Source: Somniosus microcephalus (lineage: Eukaryota). Taken from it: 64,000 nt of DNA. A program made the translations under genes and the position numbers. The notes under the pieces were generated by a model. It was given only the letters and a program-made list of their open reading frames with translations. It ran no database searches and was not told where the DNA came from. The stretch covers positions 351,540,001 to 351,604,000 of the forward strand of contig CM126202.1 in the NCBI GenBank assembly GCA_052327205.1, read 5' to 3'. Shown here in pieces: positions 47,912-59,717 of the stretch. Position 1 is the first letter of the stretch, and every line of letters starts with the position of its first letter.

Positions 47912-50900
47912 TGTTATGTTCATTAATAACTAGACATTCTTATTATGAACAGCTAGCTTCTAGCTAGTCATTTATTCAGTACATGTTCTCTAGGTACAGC
48001 ATCTGTAGAGATTCAGCATGTGTACTTCTGTGTGCAGGCAGCCATCTTGACTACTGCCTTCTGGGTAGCCTAGTGCATCATGGATAGTGTAGTCTTAAAC
48101 ACATACAACTATATACACGGCAATACAGCTCTACGGCTCCATCTAGTGTACCACTCTAGAATGACATGTTATTGATCATTACATCCCCCTTTCTTTGAGG
48201 TTAAACAAAATCAATATCAATCAACTTACAAGAAACATGATAAAGAAGATATCAGTAACAATTTTGTTAGTGCTCTATAAACATAAACATTTTCACAACA
48301 GTCAACACATTTTCAAAGCTTTACTTTATACTCAAAGATTAAGTCTATCAGGCTTTTTTACTTCATGTGTGGATCTTCTCAGCACGGGTAAGTCTGATGT
48401 GTTTGCATGAGATTGTTCTGGTGGTGATTGACAAGATTCAGTTGCGGCATTGTCATCAATCTGCTCTTGGATAGTTTCTTGTGTCTTCAGGAGGGAACGG
48501 CGGTTCCTCCTGAGAATCTGTCCTTCCTCAGTTCTAACAGTGTATGACCTTGGTCCTACTTCCTCAAGAACTGTAGCTTTCCTGTTCCATGCATCTGGAT
48601 CCTCAATCCTGACAACATCATCCCTTGTCAATGGTTTTAGAGTTTTGGACGACTTGTCATAGTAAGATTTCTGTTTCAGCTTTAACAGTTGAATTCTCTG
48701 TCTTAGTTCCTTACTTTGCTTTTCTTTTGCACAGCAGGGTAGCGTGGTGTGCAACTTGCGACCCATTAGTAGTTCAGCAGGTGAAGAACCAGAGTCTAAA
48801 GGTGAGGCTCGGTAGCTCAGCAGGGCGAGATAAGGATCAGACTTGCCTTCTGTCGCTTTCTTCAGTAGCTGCTTGAGAACTTGAACACCTTTCTCTGCCT
48901 TACCATTTGACTGAGCATACAAAGGACTGGATGTGATGTGCTGAAAGTCATAATGTGCTGCAAACTGTTGCCACTCCTTACAGTTGAAGCACGGACCATT
49001 GTCGCTAATGGCAATCCTGGGAATTCCATGTCTGGCGAAGATGGATTTCACATGCATTATGACACTGCTTGCTGATGTGCTTGAGAGCAGCGCCATCTCA
49101 GGATAGTTAGAATAGTAGTCAATCACTATTAGATATTCTTTACCATTCAAATGAAAAAGGTCCATACCAACCTTTTGCCATGGTGCTGTTGGTATGTCAG
49201 CTACTATCATTGGTTCCTTTGCTTGTTTGTTTTGGTGTTTCTGACATGTCTCACATTTGCCTATCACGTTCTCAATGTCCTTATTTATGCCAGGCCAATA
49301 AACAGTGTCTCTTGCTCTCCTTTTGCATTTTTCAATTCCGAGGTGTCCCTCATGGATCTTTTTGAGCATGTCTTGACGTAGAGCCTGTGGAATGACTATT
49401 CTGTTCTGTTTTATTAATAGTCCACTTACGACACTCAACTCTGACCTTATGTGAAAGTATTTTGGACAGGAACCTTTTGGCCAACCATGATGAATGTTCT
49501 CTATAACTGTTTGTAACACTGTATCTTTTACTGTTTCTTCTGCTATTGGCTTTGATTTTCTGTCTGACATGGGCAGCGCAGCAGTGACCATACTCACATG
49601 AACATCCACGTCTTCTTCAATAGAGCTCACATGACTCATTGTGGGTGCTCGGGATAGTGCATCTGCTAACACTATGTATTTGCCTGGTGTGTAGATCAGT
49701 TCAAAGTCATATCTTTGCAGCTTCATCATGAGTCATTGAATCCTTGGAGACATCTCATTCAGATTTTTTTTTATGATGGCAACCAGTGGGCTGTGGTCTG
49801 TCTCAACTGTGAAGGTGGGAAGTCCATATATGTAGCCATGGAACTTTTCTAATCCAACTACCAAGCCTAGACATTCCTTTTCAATCTGGGCGTATCGACA
49901 CTCAGTATCAGTCATAGACCTGGAGGCATAGGCAACAGGCTTCCAATCTTCACCCTCTGCTTGTAGCAAGACCGCGCCTAGGCCATCCTTTGATGCATCC
50001 GTTGACACTTTGATTCTCTTTGTTGGGTCAAAGAAGGTGAGTACAGGTGTGGTTGTCAGCACTGTTTTGAGATTCATCCACTCTTGTTCATGTCTTTCTG
50101 TCCATGTGAACTCATTTGTTTTATGTAGCAGGTCTCGCAGACAGGTTGTCTTGGCTGACAAGTTAGGAATGAACTTTCCAATGAAGTTTATCATCCCCAT
50201 GATGCGTAGCACTCCTTTTTTTCAGTGGGTCGGGGCATGTTGAGTATGGCGTTTACTTTTTCCATATCTGGCTCTATTCCTTTACCAGATAGATTATCTC
50301 CTAGGAAAGTGACTTCCTCGACGCCAAACTGACACTTGGCTTTGTTGAGCTTCAATCCATTCCGGCGTATGCTCTGTAGCACTTTAGTCAGTCTGTCATT
50401 GTGTTCTTTCAGTGTGGAGCCCCAGATGATGATGTCATCAACATAGACCCGAACTCCTTCCAGACCTTCAATTATGTGTTCCATCGCTCTATGAAAGATT
50501 TCAGATGCAGATATTATCCCGAAAGGCATTCTGAGGAATCAGTACCTGCCAAATGGTGTGTTGAAGGTACAGTATTTGGTGCTCTCTTCATTCAGTTTTA
50601 GTTGCCAAAATCCTTGTGAGGCATCAAGCTTTGTAAAGTATCTGGCACCTGACATTTCACTGGTGATTTCTTCTTGCTTGGGAATCTGGTAGTGTTCACG
50701 TTTTATGTTTGCATTTAAGTCCTTTGGATCCATGCATATTCTTAGATCATTGTTCTTTTTCTTTACACATACCATGGAGTTAACCCAGTCTGTTGGCTCT
50801 TCGACTTTCCTGATGACTCCGTGTGGTCATTCTGTCCAGTTCTTTCTTGAGCCGGTCATGCAGGGGTGCTGGAACTCTTCGTGGAGCATGTACCACTGGC

Positions 50901-52584
50901 TGAGCATCCTCCTTTAGCTGGATCTTGTAAGTGAATGGTAGAACTCCAAATCCTTTGAACACATCCTGGAAATTACTCACTGCATAATCCACTGAGTCAT
51001 CTGGTCTGCTTATGGCACAGTTTATACGGTAGACTCTCTTGACCAGTTCTAAGTCTTCACAAGCTTTGTCACCTAGTAGTGAATCAAGTCCTTCAGCCAC
51101 AACAGAAAACATGAGATGATGCACTTTGTCTTTGACTGTCACTTTAAGTCTGCATACACCTAAGCTATCTATTTTCTGTCCATTATAGTTCTTCAGTAGT
51201 ACTGACTTTTTCTGTATTTTGGGCTTTTCTTTCATATTTTTAATGTCACTCATACTGATTAAGTTTGCTTTTGCCCCAGTGTCTAGTTTCAATGTAACTA
51301 ATGCTCCATTTACCTGCAGTGGGATCATTCATTTGTCCTCTTTTACTGCATTAACTTTATGTTCAGCATTGTTTATTCCTGAGGGCTGCACATTTTCTGT
51401 ATCCTTTTCTATATTGTCACATGACACCATTCCTACAAAAAATGCCTCACTTAAATCAGTGTCTTCAATCACATTGACTTGGACTTGTTGCCCTTTCTTT
51501 GTTTTTACTTTTGAAAAGCATTGTTTGACAAAGTGATTCTTTCCATGACATTTTGTGCACATTTTCCAAACGCTGGGCATTGTTTTAACTGGTGTTTGTA
51601 ACCACAGCGTTTACAATTAAAAATTTCATCCTTCGATTGCTTTTCATTTCTGTTCTGCCCACGTTTCTTTCCTTTGTAGGACACAGCACCAACAGCAGCA
51701 CTGACTACAATCGCATCATTATTAATTTCACTGAAAGTTTTCGCATGCTTTTGAGCTAGCTCACTGGCTTGGCATATTTTCACAGCATTTTCCAATGTTA
51801 GTTCGGTTTCTCTCAACAGATGTTCCCTGACCCTTTTATCCTGAATACCAAACACAATCTGGTCACGAATCATGGACGCTTTCAGTTCAGAGAAATTACA
51901 TGTCTGTGCTTTCAGTTTCAGATCGGTCACAAAGCTATCAAAAGTCTCATTTTGCTGCTGTGTCCTTGAACAGAACACGTATCTTTCATAGGTCTCATTC
52001 TTTTTGCGAGAACAATGTGTATCAAATTTCTTTAGCACATCGTCTAAATTTTCTCTGTTCTCCTCTGGATTAAATACAAATGTATTAAATACCTCTATCG
52101 CCTGCGGGCCTGCAACCGTGAGCAGCAACGCTATTTTCCTTGTGTCTGGCTTCGTACTGAACCTGATGGCAGCAATGTAGAGTTCGAATTGTTGTTTGAA
52201 AGTCCGTCAATTGTAGTCGACATTCCCCGTGAGATTCAAAAACTCCAGTGGCTTCAAATTCTCCATGCCGCGTTTCACAATCTTCAGCAGAACTTCACCA
52301 ATCCTGGTACCATGTTATGTTCATTAATAACTAGACATTCTTATTATGAACAGCTAGCTTCTAGCTAGTCATTTATTCAGTACACGTTCTCTAGTTACAA
52401 CATCTGTAGAGATTCAGCATGTGTACTTCTGTGTGCAGGCAGCCATGTTGACTACTGCCTTCTGGGTAGCCTAGTGCATCATGGGTAGTGTAGTCTTAAA
52501 CACATACAACTATATACACAGCAATACAGCTCTACGGCTCCATCTAGTGTACCACTCTAGAATGACATGTTATTGATCATTACA
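47912..52584 (-). mobile_element. Complete Gypsy LTR retrotransposon (degenerate ORFs)
   Basis: 272-bp LTRs 47912-48183 and 52313-52584 (6 differences by eye), TSD GAAGG, PBS TGGTACCAGGATTGG (52298-52312, tRNA-Leu(TAA)-like), PPT next to 48184. Confidence 0.97.
48332..52266 (-). pseudogene. Gypsy gag-pol with several frameshifts and stops
   Basis: gag (SMIRDQIVFG), protease LDTGA, RT YVDD, RNase H TDASK, integrase 48332-49729. Confidence 0.93.
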
Positions 52585-52594
52585 GAAGGAGGAA

Positions 52595-52705
52595 ATCCTG
52601 GCCCCTACTGGGGTAACCCCCAGGGTGAGAGATCCTTGCCTGTACTGGAGTGACCCCCAGGGTGAGAGATCCTGGTCCGTACTGGGGTAACCCCCATGGT
52701 GAGAG
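52595..52705 (+). repeat. 37-bp tandem repeat, three copies
   Basis: ATCCT.G.C..TACTGG.GT.ACCCCCA.GGTGAGAG three times. Confidence 0.9.
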
Positions 52706-53129
52706 CTCAACGGTTTGAAGCTTGGGCTTATGAGTTGGGGATACCCTCACGATCACAGATATATGACTTGATACACCTAGCTCGGCGATGGCTGCATATC
52801 GAGACAAATCACAAGGTGAAGCTCGTGGAGCTGCTTGTCATACAACATCTACTGCAACATGTTAACCTGCTATTGTTGTGATGGGTTAGAATGTATTGCA
52901 AGATAATGTCCTAACATTGGGGAAACTATGGGCTGTAGTCTGGGAAACCAGAACTCAGCCTTGGAGAGGATTATTTGATTAGTATAGTGCAAACCATGAT
53001 CCATGTGGAGGCCACCCATTTGATTTTAAAGCCCATAAACATAAATGGTAAAGAGGTCACTGCACTGATTGATTCCAGTAGCGCCATGACCCGCCAATCT
53101 GGTCCGACCTTTCTGATTACTTCATGGAA

Positions 53130-53232
53130 AGTGGAGTTGAGGTAGAAAATCAGGCATGATCTTATTGAATAGTGGAGTAGGCTCGAGGAGCCATATGGCC
53201 TACTCCTGCTCCTATTTCTTATGCTCTTATGG
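53130..53232 (+). mobile_element. Short CR1 3' end
   Basis: CATGATCTTATTGAATAGTGGAGTAGGCTCGAGG..CCTACTCCTGCTCCTATTTCTTATG. Confidence 0.85.
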
Positions 53233-53890
53233 GTTCAAAACAGGACATGTTGTGTGCATGGCGATGTGCAGTATTACCCTACTACTATCGAGACTTTAGA
53301 GTATGATGAGAATTCAACGTGATACAGAGCCAGTTTATACCCCTAAGGGGCAAGAGCTCTACTTGCCAAAATAAAAAGCCACGAACAACTAAAGAGGCAA
53401 GAGACAGAATAAAATTAAAAGAAAAAGCATACAAAAATGCAAAATCCAGCACAGATCCTGGCAACTACGAGAGATAAAAGACCAACAAAAGGTGACAAAA
53501 CAGATAGTAAGAGCTACAAAAAGGGAGTATGAAAAGAAACTTGCAAGGGATATCAAAATCAACACAAAAATGTTTTACAATTATATTAGGAAAAAGAGGG
53601 TGGTCAGGAGAAATGTTGGCCCCTTGAAAACTGATAATGGTGATATTGTCAATGATAAAAAGAAATGGCGGATATGTTGAATAATTACTTTGCGTGAGTA
53701 TTTACAGTAGAGGATGAGGATAGCATGCCAGAAATTCCAAGGAAACTAATATAAGAACGTAAGAACATAAGAAATAGGAGCAGGAGTAGGCCAATCGGCC
53801 CCTCGAGCCTGCTCCACCATTCAATAAGATCATGGCTGATCTGATCCTCACCTCAAATCTTCTATCACTCTCCATCCCACCCGAACCCAT

Positions 53891-54009
53891 GTGACCTCCC
53901 GGGAGAGGCGAAAAACCAGATAAAAAACCCAATGGCCAATTTGGGAGAAAAAATCTGGGAAATTCCTCTCCGACCCATCTAGGCGATCGAAACTCTTCCA
54001 GGAGATCAC
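53891..54009 (-). other. Structured RNA element (double U-rich internal loop, ENE-like) in the CR1 3' UTR
   Basis: Nested stems GUGAUCUCCUGG/CCGGGAGGUCAC, GAGAGG/CCUCUC, CCAGAU/AUCUGG and CCCAA/UUGGG separated by opposed U-tracts; folded by eye. Confidence 0.6.
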
Positions 54010-54871
54010 TCTGTCCCTATATTTTCTACAGTACTTACCTTCTGTAAAGGCAATCTCCACCCCAGCCAGGAACAGGAATAAAACCATCTCCTGAAATCTA
54101 ACACAGAATTAGAACACAAGAAGTAGGAGCAGAACCAGGCTACACGGCCCCTGGGCCCGCTCCACTACTCACAGGGCCATGACCATTCTGAACCTAGACT
54201 CATGTCCAATTTCCTGCCCGCTCCCCGTAACCCTTAATTCCCTTTACTTCTAGGAAACTATCTATTTCTGTTTTAAATTTATTTAATGATGTAGCTTCCA
54301 CAGCTTTCTGGGGCAGCAAATTCCACAAATCTACCACCCTCTGAGTGAAGAAGTTTCTCCTCATCTCAGTTTTGAAAGAACAGCCCCTTATTTTAAGATT
54401 ATGCCCCCTAGTTCTAGTTTCACCCATCATTGGGAACATCCTCACCGCATCCACCCGATCAAGCCCCTTCACAATCTTATATGTTTCAATAAGATCGCCT
54501 CTCATTCTTCTGAACTCCAATGAGTAGAGTCCCAATCTACTCAACCTCTCCTCATATGACCACCCCCTCATCCCCGGGATTAACTGAGTGAACCTTCTTT
54601 GTACTGACTCGAGAGCAAGTATGTCTTTTCTTAAGTATGGACACCAAAACTGTATGCAGTATTCCAGGTGCGGTCTCACCAATACCTTGTATAACTGCAG
54701 CAATACCTCCCTGTTTTTATATTCTATCCCCCCTAGCAATAAAAGCCAACATTCCATTGGCCTTCTTGATCACTTGCTGCACCTGCATACTAACTTTTTG
54801 AGTTTCATGCACCAGGACCCCCAGATCCGTTTGTACTACAGTACTTTCCAGTTTCTTGCCATTAAGATAAT

Positions 54872-55636
54872 GGCCCAGACCTTGGTGTCGGGGGCTTGCC
54901 GCGCGTGCAAGCCCTCGATCTGCACTCACCCTGCGCGCTGACATCTGAAGCCCGGGCCTGCTTGCATTTCTTGTCACAGGCCCGGTTCAAATGTCAGCGC
55001 GCAGTGCTTACCTGATCCAGCGGCGTAGTTAGTGCGATGTGCCAGCTGGGATCAGGTGAGCACTGTACAACCAATCAGGGGAGGGGAAGGTTCATTCATG
55101 AGTTTGAGAGTAAGAACTGTCAAACTCATGAAAACTACGGGGGCCCAAAACACTATTTAAACTTTAAATACAAATTTAAAAAACATCCCAATCATTAAAT
55201 TAAGTATAAATAAGTTAAAAAAAATAATTTAAACAATAATTTTTTTTTTTGAAAAAAATAAATTTTTAATAAAAAGGGTCTAAAACTAAACTTATCTTAT
55301 TGTAGATTCTTTAAAATAATAAACCTGTGGGAAATTTTTTTCTAAATTACACTAAAACACCACTTACCTGTAAAAATAAATACTTACGTGTGCTTTTTAC
55401 AAGCGTAAAGACCGGAGGCCTTTACACATGCGCAAATCCCCCAAAAAGGAGGAAATCCAAGATGCACGCGCTGCCCCCTACAGCGCACGTGATAGCCTCT
55501 TCACCTCTTGGGTTAGAGGAGAGGAAATGCCGGTTTTCAGCGCATGCGCTGTGCATGCTGAAAACCGGCATTTCCTCCGGCCAGACGCGTGAGTACCCCT
55601 TCCGTACTCACGCGTTTGGGGAGGAATTTCTGCCCC
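54872..55636. mobile_element. Non-autonomous DNA transposon (Harbinger-like MITE)
   Basis: Clean insertion in CR1 with 3-bp TSD AAT; ends GGCCCAGACCTT / GGAATTTCTGCCCC; GC-rich arms, AT-rich core. Confidence 0.8.
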
Positions 55637-55859
55637 AATAACTTGCTCTATGATTTTTCCTGCCAAAGTGCATAACCTCACACTTTCCAGTATTGTATTC
55701 CATCTGCCAAATCTCTGCCCACTTACTTAGCCTGTCTATGTCACTTTGCAGGTTTTTTATTCTCCTCACTCACTACTTTCCCTCCCATCTTTGTATCCCT
55801 CCCATATTGAATCAGGGACAGGGACTCACCGAAACTAATGTAAGAAAAGTAACAGTAAT

Positions 55860-56102
55860 TGTGGTGTATGTAACCTGTTCCACCTTAAGAGAACTTAAGC
55901 CTGTTCCACCTTAAGAGATGTACTACTTTCTCTGGCTGCTGTATACGTAATACCGGTGGTGACCACCGGTATATAAGTATTGTGTAGTGATATTGTATTT
56001 AGTATAGTCCTGACTTCCAACTAGTAAAGACCTGTTGAACTTTATTCTTGTAGTCTGTGTCAGTAATTAATCTTAATACAACTGGAACACACAGACTTAA
56101 CA
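55860..56102 (+). mobile_element. Solo LTR (243 bp)
   Basis: TG...CA, 5-bp TSD GTAAT, TATATAA, AGTAAA; host CR1 rejoins across it. Confidence 0.9.
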
Positions 56103-58419
56103 GTAATGAAGAAAATAATGGCACTAAAGAATGCCAAATCCCCCAGACCAGATGATTCCCATCCCAGGGCTTTAAAGTAAGTAGGTAAGCACATTGCAGA
56201 TGCCCTAACTATAATATTCCAAAGTTCTCTCGATTCAGGAACCGTTCCTTTTGATTGGAAAATTGCACCTGTCACTCCGTTATTTAAGAATGGTGAGAGA
56301 GGGAAACCAGGGAATTATAGATTTGTTAACCTAATATCTCTTGTCAGGAAATTACTAGAGTCTATAATTAAGGATAGGGTGACTGAAAACCTTGAAAATT
56401 TTCAGCTGATCAGAGAGAGCCAGCATGGATTTTATGAAAGGTAGGTCATGCTTGACAAACCTGATTGAATTTTTTGAAGAGGTGACTAAAGTAGTGGACC
56501 GGGGAATGTCTATAGATGTTATTTACATGGACTTCCAGAAGGCATTTGATAAAGTCCCTCTTAAGAAACTGTTAGCTAAAGTTGAAGCTCATGGAATTGA
56601 AGGCAAATTATTGACCTGGTTAGGAAATTTGCTGAGCGGCAGGAGACAGAGAGTAGGGATAATGGGGAGGTCCTCTAATTGGCAGGATGTGACTAGTGGT
56701 GTCCCACAAGGATCTGTGTTGGGACCTCAACTATTCACCGTATTTATTAATGACTTAGATGGTGGGATAGAAAGCCATTTATCCAAGTTTGCCGATGACA
56801 AATAGCTAGACAGCATTGTAAGCAGCGTAAACTTACAAAGTGATATTAATAGATTAAGCGAATGGGCAAAACGGTGGCAAATGGATTTCAATGTAAGCAA
56901 ATGTGAGGTCATCCACTTTGGACCTAAAAAGGATAGAACAGAGTACTTTCAAAATAGTGAAAAGCTAGAAACAGTGGAGGTCCAAAGAGGCTTGGGGGTC
57001 CATGTACATAGATCATTAAAATGTCACGGACAAGTACAGAAATTGTTTAGATATTATTAGGGAGGAATGGGAGGAACAAAATAGCCTTCTTGGAATATGA
57101 AAGAACACATCCTGAAAGTGAGGGAGAGGGTGGAGACAGTCATTCCTACAGTAAGGGAAGACCTTGAAAAGGCCCAAGAAAAGCAATGGGTCTACTACAA
57201 TAACCAGGCAGGATATGCAACAGAGTGAGAGAGGGACAACATGTGAGCCACAGGCTTTTGAGAGCTCTGTATCTGCTATAGGAACACAGCTTTAAGAAAT
57301 TGTATAAAATGCCAGCATGACCAAGGCAAGGCAGTATAGCTGTAAGAAATCTTTAAAGACAATTAAAGTCAATCAAGAATGACTCCAGCCTGGAAGGATA
57401 AAAGTCAGGGAAATGGTTCAGTTGGGAGAGGTTGGAGCTGAGAGTGAGAATGCGTAGACTGGAAAGTAGTCCCTGATACTGTTTTGTTCATCTCTGCACT
57501 TAAAAACACAAATGCTGTGAGTGAATCACTTATTTTGAACATTAAGCTCTAGTCTGTGTGTCTAATTGGCCACTGGGTCCTAGGCCTGCTTCTGCGTGCT
57601 ACATAATATACACACACACAATGCTGTTGATTTTTCCCTAAGAGGTATCTTTTTATCATTTATTGTTTTTGGCAACTATATTTTTGTAATATTTCCATAT
57701 CTATATAAATATATATATGTATATAATATTTATAGTTATTTTCATGCATTGCAGCAGCACACAAATAGCAATATGATGCAACTCATTGGAACATCAGAAT
57801 TTATGGATAACCATAATTTTTGCTCCTCTGTGAAAAATCAGTTCCTTTGGTAATATGGAGGTATTTGGGTTATTGGAAAAACCTTTGAAGTTGCAAAATT
57901 AGTCTAGTTTCTTACATTTGGCTAAATTTTCCTCAAAAATAAAATTCATGTAAATTCTACTATTACCTAAGCAATGTCTCCCCCAACCTTACCTCCTTCT
58001 AAAATGACACTACATCGGTTTGTTGTGAGTATTAATGACCATTAGTTGTAAGTTAGAAATTCAGCCGCTTGCTCTATGATTAATATCATAATGAAAAGTC
58101 TCATTTATAAGATGTTTATTCTGAAGGTGACATTGGCTTGCTATAGAGAAGAAAAGGTTAATGTGTGAGGGAGACTGTAGGGAAACCCAATATATATATT
58201 TTAAAGTCGGTGCTGAGATGGTTTGTGCAGAACAGAAAAGTGGAACTGGTGGCCATAGTGATAAGCTAACGGAACAATAAGATAACCAGACTCGAAGAGT
58301 AATTTCTTCACACTTAGTTCTGCCAAATGTTGCAGTCGATACTGGCAGATTTCTGATTCAGGAACTGTACAGCGTTGGCACTGGGCAGGAGGAGATAAAA
58401 TTGGTTGAACAGGGTAAGT

Positions 58420-58550
58420 CCTGAACAAGATGGATAAGCGATATGGGAACATAGTGAGTAGCTGTGATTAGGACTATTTGCTCGTGTGGAGGGTAAACAC
58501 CAACATGGATTGGTTGGGCCAAATGGCCTGTTTCCGTATTGTAACATCGG
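58420..58550 (+). mobile_element. Short CR1 3' end
   Basis: GCTCGTGTGGAGGGTAAACACCAACATGGATTGGTTGGGCCAAATGGCCTGTTTCCGTATTGTA. Confidence 0.6.
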
Positions 58551-59717
58551 TGTATTTCGATGTAGGTCCTAAATGGTACAGCAACTTTGGTGATGAGTGA
58601 CCTTTGCTTGTTCCAAGCTTCTGTACAATACATTAATACCAAATTGGAAATGAATGCTCTTTAACTCCAACATGTTTTCTGATTTTGGCTTTAACCTTTC
58701 CAAAATGTATGAATTGAGATTGGTTGATTTAAGGTGCAGATTGTTAAATGCTATATTACAAAGTCACATTAAGATATGTATCTTGATTGCAGAAAGTGGA
58801 AAATGAGGACTGTGGTGTAACTGATATTGAGCTTCTATTAGAGTCACTGACAACTTTCTTTAATGCAAACACTGCCCAGACTCTGGTACTGATCTTCAGA
58901 GCTTTGGGTCATGTGTACTTGCAAATGAATGGGCTGGTTTGAAGTCGGAAGTGCAGACAAGCTGATGTGTTGGTGTTGACTCTCATTTATTTATTTGCTG
59001 CCCGGATAGCAAGTTAAAAGTCACGGTCATGTTCTTTCCAGCTGGTCTGTCTTATTTGTATTGCCTCCTGACTGTTCATAAATAAATAAAATGCCCATAC
59101 TTCAAGCTACACATTTGTAGTGCGAGCCAGCCATTAGCTCTTGAAAGCGATTTTAATGAGCTGGACCAAATGGATATGGAAAAACAGAGTCCCTCTTTTG
59201 AGACACACAAAGCCAAGTGCATCGGAGTGATGAAGTGTAAATACGCTATATTTACACCATAAAAACAACACTCCTGTGTGGCATCTTGATTCAAAATTTA
59301 GATGCCCATTGTCAAAATATGTCTGGCTGCATGGGGACCTTTTAATGACTTGATGAATGGTTCTTTGGAGTTTGATGGATGCCTATTTGACAGAAGACTG
59401 AATTTCTGTGTTCTCTTGTAATTTGCTGTGTGATGTGAATGACTTTAAAAGAATCAAAGAAATAGTTAGGATACATTGATACAAAGCATTGTTATTGAAA
59501 AATTCCTGGACAGTATAGTGATCTAAAGTAATCCAAATCAATATTCCAACATGCAGATCTGGATTAACTAGTCATTCATCTCATTACTGTTTGGGGATCT
59601 TGCTGTGCACAAAATGGTTGTCATGTTTGCCTATATCACTGTATTTCAAAAGTCATTTATTGACTTTGGGATGCCCTGAAAAATGTGATAAGACTTCATA
59701 AGTTATTCCTTGCATAC

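Larger units (their letters stand above)
53753..55803 (-). mobile_element. 5'-truncated CR1 with extended 3' UTR cassette, interrupted by a MITE
   Basis: ORF 54200-54757 nearly identical to the C-terminus at 44418-45944; TSD about ATAT; ~210 nt extra between the two 3' stem-loops. Confidence 0.95.
53385..57040 (+). mobile_element. CR1 ORF2 fragment split by an antisense CR1 and a solo LTR
   Basis: Pieces 53385-53752, 55804-55859 and 56103-57040 are collinear (FYNYIRKKR..., SP.PD..HPR.LK, SCLTNL, FADD). Confidence 0.88.
47526..57603 (+). mobile_element. Highly fragmented Gmr1-like Gypsy with SCAN-type gag, hosting several nested insertions
   Basis: gag ..FLAFE*HAEQENWPKEQWAGIVANFL..DDYQRWK|EEILA across the GAAGG TSD; SCAN-like RAQRFEAWAY..YDLIHLARRWL..LVELLVIQHLL (52696-52860); protease INGKEVTALIDS (53041) and CVHGDV; integrase tail LLDIIREEWEE..DLEKAQEKQ (57045-57210); possible LTR TG..CA 57243-57603. 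Confidence 0.7.

Noticed and set aside
52595-52705. CRISPR-like 37-bp periodicity
   Set aside because: Head-to-tail tandem units without unique spacers, eukaryotic context, no cas genes.
54032-54040. TACTTACCT as the start of a U1 snRNA gene on the + strand
   Set aside because: The following sequence does not match U1; better read as a U1-complementary site on the element strand.
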